64,000 nucleotides of DNA from Acidobacteria bacterium UBA2161 (GCA_002328835.1 DCWN01000044.1:60590-124589), one strand, 5' to 3'. Shown: positions 19,533 through 28,544, counted from the first letter of the stretch. Made by a program: numbers and translations. Notes: generated by a model not told the origin, from the letters alone.

Positions 19533-20939
19533 TCAGCGAGGCACCGCCCCGTAGCGTTCCTGGTAGAACGCGTCGATTTCGGCCCGCTGCTCGGGCGACA
19601 TCCCCTCACGCCAGAGGTGCTCCGGCATCGCCCGGATCTCCTCGAAGACGGCTTCGACCGAGGCGGTCCCCTCGCCGATCTCCTCGGCCTGTGGCAGGAA
19701 ATGGGTGTAGAAGTTCTCGGCGACCTCGAAGAACCCGTGCCACTGCGTGTAGTCGGGGCCCTGCATCGACACACCCATCCGTGCCCGCCGGCCCTCGTGG
19801 TGCCAGAGCCGGAAGAAGGTCCATTCGATCTCTTCGTCGAACGGCGTCGGTGTGAGCAAGTCGGCCTCCCGCAGCGCGGCCATGACGTTCTGCGCCGGGA
19901 TCGCAAACTTCTCGTTGTACATCTCGATCGAATCATCGAAGGTCACGTAGAACGCATCGACGAAGTCGGGCGCGTGGCACTGATTGCAGGTGTCCTTCAT
20001 CGCGTTCCGCTTCGGCTCCCAGTTCTCGAGCTTCGTGCTGACGACCGGACGGAGCGTCCAGGAGATCCGCGCGCCGACGTCGTGCGTGATCGGTTGGTTC
20101 GGCGTTGCCGACATATGGCAGGTCGAGCAGGTCGGTGCCGCCGAGTAGTCCTCACCGAGAACCCAGGTCTCGGCGTCGAGGTTCATCTCGTCGATCTGCG
20201 TCCGGAACGCGATGCCGTGCTTCGACTCCTCGAAGATCTCGATCTGTGGATGGTCCGGTCCCATGTGGCACTTGCCGCACACCTCGGGTTGACGCGCCAT
20301 CTTCGTCGTGAACGCATGCCGCGAGTGGCATGCCGAGCACGACCCCTGTGAGCCGTCGAGGTTGATCCGGCCGATGCCGGTGTTCGGCCAGGTCTGCGGA
20401 TCGAGCATCGGCTTGCCGTCGCTGTCGCGCTGCACCTCACCGTCGGCGGTCTCGAGGAACCGGACCGGCGATCCGTGGCACTGCCAGCAGCCGTTCACGG
20501 CGGCGAGGCGGCCCTCGACGATCTCCCCCAGGACGTTGTCGAGGCTGCCGACGAACTCGGCGGCGCGCGAGTGATGCGATCGATCGAATTCGTCGACGAT
20601 GTCGGCGTGGCACGACTGGCAGTCCTTGGGCGTCGCGATCGTGGCGATTAGCTGGCCTTCGTGCAGGAAGCCGTCTGCGTCGCTCTCGATCGCCCGATGG
20701 CACTCGAAGCAGCCGACGCCGAGCCGCGCGTGCTCGCTGCCCGCCCACTGCGTGGCGATGACCGGCGTCTGCTCCGCGTGACAGTCGTAGCACCTGGCGC
20801 TCTCACCCGCGACCACGGGCGCCGCTTCGGGCTGCACCCGCTGCCTGCCGCCCTCGACCCAGGCGACGATCAGCAGCGCCCCGAGGAACATGAACGAGAG
20901 CGCGGCCACGACCCACCGTTTCTCATCAAGCGTCATCAC
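19533..20939 (-). CDS. Membrane-anchored octaheme cytochrome c, hydroxylamine oxidoreductase (HAO)-like family
   Basis: Eight CxxCH motifs (CYDCH, CFECH, CQSCH, CWQCH, CSACH, CGKCH, CSTCH, CNQCH); CHMGPDHPQ..ESKHG; HHEGRRARMG..MQGPDYTQWHG; N-terminal TM helix. Confidence 0.9.
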   Translation of the reverse strand: MMTLDEKRWVVAALSFMFLGALLIVAWVEGGRQRVQPEAAPVVAGESARCYDCHAEQTPVIATQWAGSEHARLGVGCFECHRAIESDADGFLHEGQLIATIATPKDCQSCHADIVDEFDRSHHSRAAEFVGSLDNVLGEIVEGRLAAVNGCWQCHGSPVRFLETADGEVQRDSDGKPMLDPQTWPNTGIGRINLDGSQGSCSACHSRHAFTTKMARQPEVCGKCHMGPDHPQIEIFEESKHGIAFRTQIDEMNLDAETWVLGEDYSAAPTCSTCHMSATPNQPITHDVGARISWTLRPVVSTKLENWEPKRNAMKDTCNQCHAPDFVDAFYVTFDDSIEMYNEKFAIPAQNVMAALREADLLTPTPFDEEIEWTFFRLWHHEGRRARMGVSMQGPDYTQWHGFFEVAENFYTHFLPQAEEIGEGTASVEAVFEEIRAMPEHLWREGMSPEQRAEIDAFYQERYGAVPR

Positions 20940-20964
20940 GTGACTCCACAGGAAAAGCCAGCCC

Positions 20965-22059
20965 CTAGCTGCTGGCCATCGCCTCCCAGATCGTCAACAC
21001 GAGCAGGACCACCACTGCGACCGCGCCGACATAGACCGACGCCTCGCTGGCGGTGTTCCGCCGCCGGAGGCGCTCGTCGATATAGGGCCAGATCAGGGCC
21101 AGAAAGCCCGCAAAACCGATGGATAACACCGCGAACGTCAGGCTAGTGAGCTTCAACCAACGGAACGTCCAGAAGAAGTACCACTCCGGCTTGATGTGCG
21201 CCGGGGTCTCGAGCGGGTTCGCCTTCTCGGCTAGTTCTGCCGGAAAGATCACCGCGAGACAGGTGAGGGCGAACGCCAGGCCGACGCCGATGATCACCTC
21301 GGTCATCGCGTGGTGCGGGAAGAACGGGTAGGTCCTCGCGGCCTCGTCGGGCGCCTTGTCGGGGCTCTCGAATTCGAACTCGGTCACGCCGTGCAGCCGG
21401 ATGAGCAGGATGTGCCCGGCCAGGAGCAGCGTCAGCAACGTCGGCATGACGCCGATGTGCAGGATGAAGAGGCGCGTCAGCGTGTTCGAGCCGACCGACT
21501 CGCCGCCGCGCAGCATCCGCCCCATGACGCCGCCAACGACGGGGACGGCGTCGGTGAGATTGGCGGCCACCGTGACGCCCCAGTAGGACAGCTGCTCCCA
21601 GACGAGCGAGTACCCGGTGAAGCCGAAGCCGAGCGTGACGGCCAGCAGCAGGACGCCGAGCATCCAGTTCAACTCACGCGGCGCGCGGTAGGCGCCGGTG
21701 AAGAAGACGCGCATGACGTGGAGGATGACGGCGGCGATCATCAGGTGCGACGCCCACCGGTGAATGCTCCGGATGAACCAGCCGAACGGGATGACCGTCG
21801 TCAGTCGGTCGACCGACTCGTAGGCCGAGCCGGCGTCAGGGATGTAGTAGACGGTCAGAAGGATGCCGGTCACGGCCTGCACGCCGAAGAGCAGCGCCGG
21901 CGTGCCGCCGAGGCACCACCACCAGTATTTCAAGTGGTTCGGCACCGGTTCGTTCGAGAAGTGGCGGAGCGCCTCGAGGTCGATCGGCACCCGCGACGCG
22001 AGCCAGGTCGCCCAACTGCTCGACTCGGGCGTGACGGCTGGACCGGCGGTCATCGTCAT
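20965..22059 (-). CDS. petB: Cytochrome b of a Rieske/cytb complex (b6-type, fused to subunit IV)
   Basis: WCLGG heme-ci cysteine motif, four heme histidines (SIH..LH; LH-x14-H), GYSL..QLSYWG, PEWY. Confidence 0.92.
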   Translation of the reverse strand: MTMTAGPAVTPESSSWATWLASRVPIDLEALRHFSNEPVPNHLKYWWWCLGGTPALLFGVQAVTGILLTVYYIPDAGSAYESVDRLTTVIPFGWFIRSIHRWASHLMIAAVILHVMRVFFTGAYRAPRELNWMLGVLLLAVTLGFGFTGYSLVWEQLSYWGVTVAANLTDAVPVVGGVMGRMLRGGESVGSNTLTRLFILHIGVMPTLLTLLLAGHILLIRLHGVTEFEFESPDKAPDEAARTYPFFPHHAMTEVIIGVGLAFALTCLAVIFPAELAEKANPLETPAHIKPEWYFFWTFRWLKLTSLTFAVLSIGFAGFLALIWPYIDERLRRRNTASEASVYVGAVAVVVLLVLTIWEAMASS

Positions 22060-22508
22060 ACCTCGACGACCTCATCGAGTTCGAGGAACAGATGATCACC
22101 GACCTGGACGACCTGATACCGGGTCAGCTGCTGGCCTTCGTCGGCGGGTGGTCCCGAAACGGCGGCGCCGTCAGCGTCGAAGATCCCGTCGTGGCAGGGA
22201 CAGACGAAGTGCCGCTCGGTCTCCTCCCAGTGCACCTTGCAGCCGAGGTGCGGGCAGAGGTTCGACAGCGCAGCGTATCCGCCGTCGGTGTTCGCGATCA
22301 GGGCGGTGCCGCCGTCGGGCAGCGTGAATGGTCGGCCGGTGCCTGGCGGCACTTCGGAGGCCGGGGCGACGTAGAGCTGGCGTGTCCGCCGGACTCCAGC
22401 GCGCGGATAGAGATAGCGGCCGACGATCGAGGCGAGCAGGGCGCCGGCCGACGCGAGGCCGGTGGCAACGGCCGAGCTGAGAAGGAACTGACGGCGATCG
22501 GTGCGCAT
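22056..22508 (-). CDS. Rieske [2Fe-2S] protein with Tat signal anchor
   Basis: DRRQFL; CPHLGC and CPCHDG boxes; GPP; overlaps the cytochrome b start by 4 nt. Confidence 0.92.
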   Translation of the reverse strand: MRTDRRQFLLSSAVATGLASAGALLASIVGRYLYPRAGVRRTRQLYVAPASEVPPGTGRPFTLPDGGTALIANTDGGYAALSNLCPHLGCKVHWEETERHFVCPCHDGIFDADGAAVSGPPADEGQQLTRYQVVQVGDHLFLELDEVVEV

Positions 22509-22565
22509 CGCGGCTTCGGGTCGGACGCCCGCGCCGGCGGCCGCGGTCGGCGGCCGGGTCGGCCT

Positions 22566-22582
22566 CAAGATACTCTATCTTG
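22566..22582. promoter_or_regulatory. Perfect 7-3-7 palindrome CAAGATA-CTC-TATCTTG, candidate operator
   Basis: AT-rich inverted repeat in the divergent spacer between the Rieske operon and the SDR operon. Confidence 0.45.
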
Positions 22583-22732
22583 CAAGGAGTGCGCCTGCCG
22601 GACGCGGTGCCGACGGTCGCTCGGACCGGGCGTTTCGGGGCGATTTGGCCTCCAGGCGGCACGGATCGCCCCAGGGCCCGGCGATATAATCCCCACCGGT
22701 ATGGATAATCCTGAGTCCCTGGGCTGCCCAGC

Positions 22733-23521
22733 GTGCTGAACGACCGGGTTGCCTTCATCACCGGCGGCGGCCGCGGCATCGGTCGGGCGATCGCGCTGGC
22801 GTTCGCGGCGGATGGGGCGCGGACGGCCGTCGCGGCCCGTTCCGGCGCGCAGGTCGAGTCGGTCGCAGCCGAGGTGGTGCGGGCTGGCGGAGAGGCGCTC
22901 CACCTCGTCTGCGACGTGACGTCGACCTCCGACGTGAAATCGGCGATCCAGGAGACGACCGGGCGGTTCGGCCCGGTCGACATCCTCGTGAACAACGCCG
23001 GCTACGTCGAGAGCGCGCCGGTGATGCGGGTCAGCGACGAGAGCTGGAACCAGACCCTCGCGGTCAATCTGACCGGCACCTTCCTCTGCCTGCGCGAGGT
23101 CATGCCCGCGATGATCGCGCGTCGCCAGGGCCGCGTGATCAACATCGCGTCAACCGCCGCCGAGATCGGCTATGCCTACACCGCAGCCTACTGCGCGGCG
23201 AAGCACGGGGTGCTGGGCCTGACCCGATCGGTTGCGCTCGAGGTCGCCGCGAAGGGGATCACAGTCAACGCGATCTGCCCAGGGTGGGTCGACACCGCCA
23301 TGACGGAGGAATCGATCGATCGCATCGTCAGGACGACCGGCCGGTCGGCCGACGCCGCTCGCGCCACGCTCGAGTCAATGAATCCGCAAGGCCGTCTGAT
23401 CCGCCCGGAGGAGGTTGCGCGCGTCGCGGTCTGGCTGGCGAGCGATGCGGCCGCCGGCGTCACCGGTCAGGCATACAATGTGGACGGCCTCGAGGCCGAA
23501 GGAGTGGCGCCGGACCCATGA
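22733..23521 (+). CDS. SDR oxidoreductase (3-hydroxyacyl-CoA/3-oxoacyl reductase-like)
   Basis: TGGGRGIG, NNAG, YCAAK, CPGWVDT. Confidence 0.9.
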   Translation: MLNDRVAFITGGGRGIGRAIALAFAADGARTAVAARSGAQVESVAAEVVRAGGEALHLVCDVTSTSDVKSAIQETTGRFGPVDILVNNAGYVESAPVMRVSDESWNQTLAVNLTGTFLCLREVMPAMIARRQGRVINIASTAAEIGYAYTAAYCAAKHGVLGLTRSVALEVAAKGITVNAICPGWVDTAMTEESIDRIVRTTGRSADAARATLESMNPQGRLIRPEEVARVAVWLASDAAAGVTGQAYNVDGLEAEGVAPDP

Positions 23522-24315
23522 CAACCATCGCACCGACGACGTTCGAGTACCACGAAGACGGCGGTATCGCGACGATTACGCTGAACCGTCCCGACCGACT
23601 GAACGCCCTGACGTTCGAGGTGTACGCGGAACTGAGGGGCACGTTTGCCGCGCTCGCCGATCGCGACAGCGTGCGGGTCGTCGTGATTACCGGGGCGGGC
23701 CGGGGCTTCTGTTCTGGCGGCGACGTCGAGGCGATTATCGGTGAACTGCTCGACCGCGATCTGGACCGTCTCCGCGAGTTCACGAAGATGACCTGCGACG
23801 TGGTCCGCAACATTCGCGCGCTGCCAAAGCCGGTGATCGCCGCGGTCAATGGCGTCGCCGCCGGCGCCGGCGCCGTGATCGCCCTGGCGTGCGATTTTCG
23901 CGTCGGCGGCGAAGACTCGAGCTTCGCGTTCCTGTTCACGAAAGTCGGCCTGGCCGGCGCCGACATGGGCGCGGCATACCTGCTACCGCGTACGGTCGGT
24001 CTGGCGCGGGCGACCGAGCTGCTGTTCCTGGGCAACCGGGTAGCCGGCGAGGCCGCCTGCCGGATGGGTCTGCTGACGTGCATCGTCCCCGGAGACGAGC
24101 TGCTCGACGAGGCGCATTCGCTGGCGGTGAAGCTGGCGGCCGGGCCTTCCTCGGCGCTGGCGAAGACGAAAGAGTTGCTTCACCGCGAGCTCGACATGGA
24201 GTTCGGGGCGGCGCTCGATCTCGAAGGTGAAGCCCAGGCACTGTGCATGGAGTCGCCGAACTTCAAGGAAGCCTATACGGCTTTCGTCGAGAAGCGGAAA
24301 CCGAACTTTGAGTAA
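23518..24315 (+). CDS. Enoyl-CoA hydratase/isomerase family protein
   Basis: LNRPDRLNAL, FCSGGDV, PKPVIAAVNG; ATGA overlap with the SDR gene. Confidence 0.92.
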   Translation: MTTIAPTTFEYHEDGGIATITLNRPDRLNALTFEVYAELRGTFAALADRDSVRVVVITGAGRGFCSGGDVEAIIGELLDRDLDRLREFTKMTCDVVRNIRALPKPVIAAVNGVAAGAGAVIALACDFRVGGEDSSFAFLFTKVGLAGADMGAAYLLPRTVGLARATELLFLGNRVAGEAACRMGLLTCIVPGDELLDEAHSLAVKLAAGPSSALAKTKELLHRELDMEFGAALDLEGEAQALCMESPNFKEAYTAFVEKRKPNFE

Positions 24316-24348
24316 TCCCGTCTTCACGGCCGTGCCCCCACACGCCTG

Positions 24349-25500
24349 ATGCTGAGCCTGCCATTCTTCGACGACGCGCACCGTCAGTTCGCCGACCGGC
24401 TGCACGCTTTCGGCGCGAAGACCCTGGCGCCCGCGCTGCACGGCGCCGAATCCGATCCGCTGGCGGCAGGCCGCGAGGCGATCCGCCTCTGCACGGCGGA
24501 GGGCCTGCTGGCGCGTCTGGTGGCTGAGCCGGAACCATCCGTCCGTGAGATCTGCCTGATCCGTGAGGCGCTGGCGGCGCAATCGGGCCTCGCCGACGCG
24601 GTATTCGCCGTGCAGGGTCTTGGCAGCTATCCGATTCTTCTGGCCGGCAGCGCGACGCTTCGGGCGCGCTACCTGCCGGGCGTGGCGCGCGGCGAGACGA
24701 TCGCCGCGTTCGCCGTGACCGAGGCCGAGGCCGGGTCGGATATCGGAGGAATTCAGACGACGGCCCGCGCGGACGGTGCCGACTACGTTCTCGACGGGAC
24801 GAAGACGCTGATCTCGAACGCCGGGATCGCCGATCACTACGTCGTCTTCGCCCGGACCAGCGAGCCGACCGAGGCTCGGCCGCGGTTGTCGGCGTTCGTC
24901 GTCGACGCCGACAACCCTGGCCTGTGCGTCGCCGACCAGATTCCGCTGCTGGCACCGCACCCGATCGGCAACCTCGAGTTCCAGGACTGCCGGGTCCCGG
25001 CCGAGCAGTGTCTGGGCACGGAAGGCGAGGGCCTCAAGATTGCCCTGGCCACGCTCGATCGGTTCCGGCCGTCGGTCGGCGCCGCCGCGTGCGGTCTGGC
25101 TGCGCGCGCGCTCGACGAAGCGCTGGCGCACGTTGCCCAGCGGACGCAATTCGGCGAGCCGCTGTCGAGCTTTCAGGCCACCAAGCTCGCGCTCGCCGAC
25201 ATGCGGACCGAACTGGACGCGGCCCGCTTGCTGGTCTTCCGCGCGGCCTGGCTCGCCGACACGGTCGATCGGCGGACGACGCGCGAAGCCTCGACGGCGA
25301 AGCTCTTCGCGACTGAGGCGGCACAGCGGATTGTCGATCGCGCCGTGCAGCTTCACGGCGGCCGCGGCGTCGTCAAGGGCGTCGCCGTCGAGCAGCTCTA
25401 CCGCGAAGTGCGCGCGCTGCGGATCTACGAAGGCACGTCGGAGATTCAGCGGTTGATCATCGCCGAGCAGATGCTGAAGGAGAAGAAGGCAGGAACTTGA
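24349..25500 (+). CDS. Acyl-CoA dehydrogenase
   Basis: AFAVTEAEAGSD, GTKTLISN, RTQFG, QLHGG, IYEGT. Confidence 0.92.
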   Translation: MLSLPFFDDAHRQFADRLHAFGAKTLAPALHGAESDPLAAGREAIRLCTAEGLLARLVAEPEPSVREICLIREALAAQSGLADAVFAVQGLGSYPILLAGSATLRARYLPGVARGETIAAFAVTEAEAGSDIGGIQTTARADGADYVLDGTKTLISNAGIADHYVVFARTSEPTEARPRLSAFVVDADNPGLCVADQIPLLAPHPIGNLEFQDCRVPAEQCLGTEGEGLKIALATLDRFRPSVGAAACGLAARALDEALAHVAQRTQFGEPLSSFQATKLALADMRTELDAARLLVFRAAWLADTVDRRTTREASTAKLFATEAAQRIVDRAVQLHGGRGVVKGVAVEQLYREVRALRIYEGTSEIQRLIIAEQMLKEKKAGT

Positions 25501-25530
25501 AGTTCGAAGCGAAGAGTTCAAGAGAACGAC

Positions 25531-25608
25531 ACGGCGCGCACGGCGCGCCGCGCGGCGTCTGGAGTGGGGCACTCGGGGTCCCCGCGGAGGTTCGGGGCGA
25601 AGCCCCGA
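25531..25608 (+). repeat. Intergenic REP-like element, family 1, copy B (internally shortened)
   Basis: ACGGCGCGCACGGCG...GGGGCACTCGGGGTCCCCGCGGAGGTTCGGGGCGAAGCCCCGA. Confidence 0.85.
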
Positions 25609-25615
25609 TCTGAAG

Positions 25616-27250
25616 ATGGCCTGCACCTTTACCGATCACCGCCCGCCGGTCGAGCTCTGGCCGGAGCGGATCTACACGCTGCCCGAGTTCGAGTACGACG
25701 CCCGGATCAGCTTGGCCTCGACGTTGCTCGACGCGCACGTGGAGAACGGCCGCGGCGACCGGGTGGCGATCGTCCACGGCGAGCGGCGGATCACCTACGC
25801 CCAGCTGCAGCGGACGGTGAACCGGATCGGCAACGGCCTCCGCGCCCAGGGCTTGAAGCCGGGAGGCCGCGTGCTGCTGCGGATGCCCAACCGGCCCGAG
25901 TTCGTCGCGACCTGGCTCGCCGTGCAGAAGGTCGGCGCCGTCTGCGTGTCGACGATGCCGATGCTCAGGGCTCGAGAACTGGCCTACGTGATACGCGACA
26001 GCGAAGCCTGTCTCGCTGTTGTGGCGGAAGAGTTATTGGGCGAGATGGAACAGGCGGTCGAGGCCTCGGCCACGCCGCCGACCGTCGTGACGGCCGCGGA
26101 TGACGAGACTCGAAGCGGTGCCGGCCTGACGCTCGATGCGCTCATGATGACAGGCGCGGAGACCCTCGAAGCCCACCCGGTCGACCGGGACGACGTGGCG
26201 ATCATCGCCTACACGTCCGGCAGCACCGGTCAGCCGAAGGGCGCCTGCCACGCGCCGATCGACATCCTGGCGTCAGCCGATGCCTATGCGCGGCAGGTGC
26301 TCGGCGCCTCGCCGGACGACGTCTTCGGAGGGCACCCGACCCTGGCGTTCACCTATGGGCTCGGCGCCGGGCTGGTCTTTCCGATGCGGGTCGGCGCGAC
26401 GACGGTGCTGCTCGATCGGTTCAGTCCGGAGGCCTTGCTCGACGCGACCGCGCGGCACGGGGTGACCCTGCTCTCGTGCGGTGCGACGACCTACAAGATG
26501 CTGCTGCAGATCGACGATCTGGAGCGGCGGTTCGACCTCAGCAGGCTCCGGCTGTGTATCAGCGCGGGCGAGCCGCTACCCAGGAGCGTCCACGACGAGT
26601 GGCTCCGGCGGACCGGCGTGGAGGTGCTCGACGGCCTGGGAACGACGGAGATGTTCCACATCTTCGTGTCAGCGCGACCGGGAGACCGGCGCCCCGGGTC
26701 GACCGGCCGCGCGGTGCCGGGCTACGAGGTCCGGATCGTCGACGATCAGTTGCAGGAGGTTCCGCGTGGCACGCCGGGCCTGCTGGCCGTGAAGGGGCCG
26801 ACCGGCTGCCGGTACTGGCGGAAACCCGAGCGCCAGCGCGATTACGTCCGCGAGGGCTGGAACATCCCGAACGACATCTGCGTGCAGGATGAGGATGGCT
26901 TCATCTGGTACCAGTGCCGCAACGACGATCTGATTATCTCGGCCGGGTACAACATCGCGGGGCCCGAGGTCGAAGCCGTGCTCATCGAGCACCCGGCCGT
27001 GCTCGAGGCCGCGGTCGTGGCGACACCCGACGCCATCAAGGGCCACGTGCCGAAAGCGTTCGTCGTCGTCAAACCCGACGCCACGCCGGGCCCCGATCTG
27101 GCGCACGACCTTCAGGAGCACGCGAAGCGGGAGCTAGCTCCCTACAAGTACCCACGCAAGGTGGAGTTCGTGGAAGCGCTGCCCAAGACCGAGACCGGCA
27201 AGATTCGGCGCGTCGAGCTGCGGAAGCGGGAGCTCGAGGGGTACGGCTGA
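25616..27250 (+). CDS. Benzoate / 2-aminobenzoate-CoA ligase family protein
   Basis: YTSGSTGQPKG, LAFTYGLG, SAGE, DGLGTTEMFHIF, KGPTGCRY, YKYPR, KTETGK. Confidence 0.88.
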   Translation: MACTFTDHRPPVELWPERIYTLPEFEYDARISLASTLLDAHVENGRGDRVAIVHGERRITYAQLQRTVNRIGNGLRAQGLKPGGRVLLRMPNRPEFVATWLAVQKVGAVCVSTMPMLRARELAYVIRDSEACLAVVAEELLGEMEQAVEASATPPTVVTAADDETRSGAGLTLDALMMTGAETLEAHPVDRDDVAIIAYTSGSTGQPKGACHAPIDILASADAYARQVLGASPDDVFGGHPTLAFTYGLGAGLVFPMRVGATTVLLDRFSPEALLDATARHGVTLLSCGATTYKMLLQIDDLERRFDLSRLRLCISAGEPLPRSVHDEWLRRTGVEVLDGLGTTEMFHIFVSARPGDRRPGSTGRAVPGYEVRIVDDQLQEVPRGTPGLLAVKGPTGCRYWRKPERQRDYVREGWNIPNDICVQDEDGFIWYQCRNDDLIISAGYNIAGPEVEAVLIEHPAVLEAAVVATPDAIKGHVPKAFVVVKPDATPGPDLAHDLQEHAKRELAPYKYPRKVEFVEALPKTETGKIRRVELRKRELEGYG

Positions 27251-27287
27251 CGCGAAATAACCTGCCTGCGTTCCTGGGATCAAGGCG

Positions 27288-27316
27288 CGCGCGGGGGTTC
27301 GGGGCGCAGCCCCGAC
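27288..27316 (+). repeat. Partial family 1 element (terminal hairpin only)
   Basis: CGCGCGGGGGTTCGGGGCGCAGCCCCGA matches the 3' end of copy A. Confidence 0.75.
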
Positions 27317-27383
27317 CTAAACCTGACCGACGTCATAGGCTTGGCGTCGCCGCGTTGATAGCGTACCGCCGGGGAGCTTCGCG

Positions 27384-28517
27384 ATGCAGTCGGTCGACTT
27401 CAACCAGGCGCCCTTCCTGCTCATCTGGGAAACGACCCGCGCGTGCGCGCTGGCCTGCCGGCACTGCCGGGCCGAGGCGATCGACTGGCGCCATCCCGAC
27501 GAGCTGACCTTCGACGAGGGCGCACAGCTCCTCGACGCCGTGGCCGGGATGGGGACGCCGATCGTCATTCTGACTGGCGGCGATCCGCTCCAGCGTGACG
27601 ACCTCGAGGATCTCATCCAGCACGGCAAGCAACAGGGGCTACGGGTCGGCACGATTCCGGCTGCGACGCCACGCCTGACCCGCGACCGCGTCGCCTCACT
27701 CAAGGCCGCAGGCCTCGACCAGATGGCGCTCAGTCTCGACGGGTGGGACGAATCGAGCCACGATGGCTTCCGTCGGGTGGAGGGCTCGTTCGCACGAACG
27801 ATGGCCGGGGCGGCCTGGGCCAGGGAGTTGGGCCTGCCGCTCCAGATCAACACCGTGTTCGGGGCGTGGAACGCCGACCGGTTCGCGGAACTCGCGGCGC
27901 TGGTCGAATCGCTCGGCGTCGTCTTCTGGGAAGTGTTCTTCCTGGTGCCGACCGGGCGCGGCGCCGAGCTGGACGGGTGCACGGCGGAGCAATGCGAGCG
28001 GCTCTTCGCCGACCTCTACCAGATGTCGCGGCGCGTGCCGTTCATCATCAAGATCACCGAAGCACCGCACTACCGGCGCTACGTGCAGCAGCAGGCGGGT
28101 CAGGCTGGCGTGCGGCCACCGGCGATGCGGGACATCCACCGGCACTCGGCCGCTCCGCCCGGATCGGGCCTGCGCGTGACGCGTCAGGGTGTGAACTCTG
28201 GGAAGGGCTTCTGCTTCGTCGACCACGTGGGCGACATTTTCCCGAGCGGGTTCCTGCCGATTCTTGCCGGCAACGTTCGGCGGGACGCGATTGGCGACAC
28301 GTATCGCACCGCACCGATCTTTCGCGCGCTGCGAGATGCGGATCGCCTGAAGGGGCGCTGCGGGATTTGTGAGTATCGAGAGATCTGCGGCGGCTCGCGC
28401 TCGAGGGCGTTTGCGCTAACGGGCGATCCGCTCGCCGAAGACGACTCGTGCGGGTACGTTCCCGAGGTCGAACTCGAGGCGCCGGCCAGAATACGCCAGA
28501 CGCGTCAAGCCAAGTGA
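27384..28517 (+). CDS. Radical SAM/SPASM protein (TIGR04053 / NirJ-AhbD-like)
   Basis: WETTRACALACRHCRA, TGGDPL, FFLVPTGRG, TEAPHYRR, C-terminal CGICEYREICGGSRSRA...C. Confidence 0.88.
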   Translation: MQSVDFNQAPFLLIWETTRACALACRHCRAEAIDWRHPDELTFDEGAQLLDAVAGMGTPIVILTGGDPLQRDDLEDLIQHGKQQGLRVGTIPAATPRLTRDRVASLKAAGLDQMALSLDGWDESSHDGFRRVEGSFARTMAGAAWARELGLPLQINTVFGAWNADRFAELAALVESLGVVFWEVFFLVPTGRGAELDGCTAEQCERLFADLYQMSRRVPFIIKITEAPHYRRYVQQQAGQAGVRPPAMRDIHRHSAAPPGSGLRVTRQGVNSGKGFCFVDHVGDIFPSGFLPILAGNVRRDAIGDTYRTAPIFRALRDADRLKGRCGICEYREICGGSRSRAFALTGDPLAEDDSCGYVPEVELEAPARIRQTRQAK

Positions 28518-28544
28518 GTTCTGGGGTTAGCTGCCATCCCGCCC

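Noticed and set aside
19533-20939. Evidence for ammonia oxidation or anammox
   Set aside because: No amo, cycAB or hzs genes are in the window, and the C-terminal motif resembles reductive-type HAO homologues.
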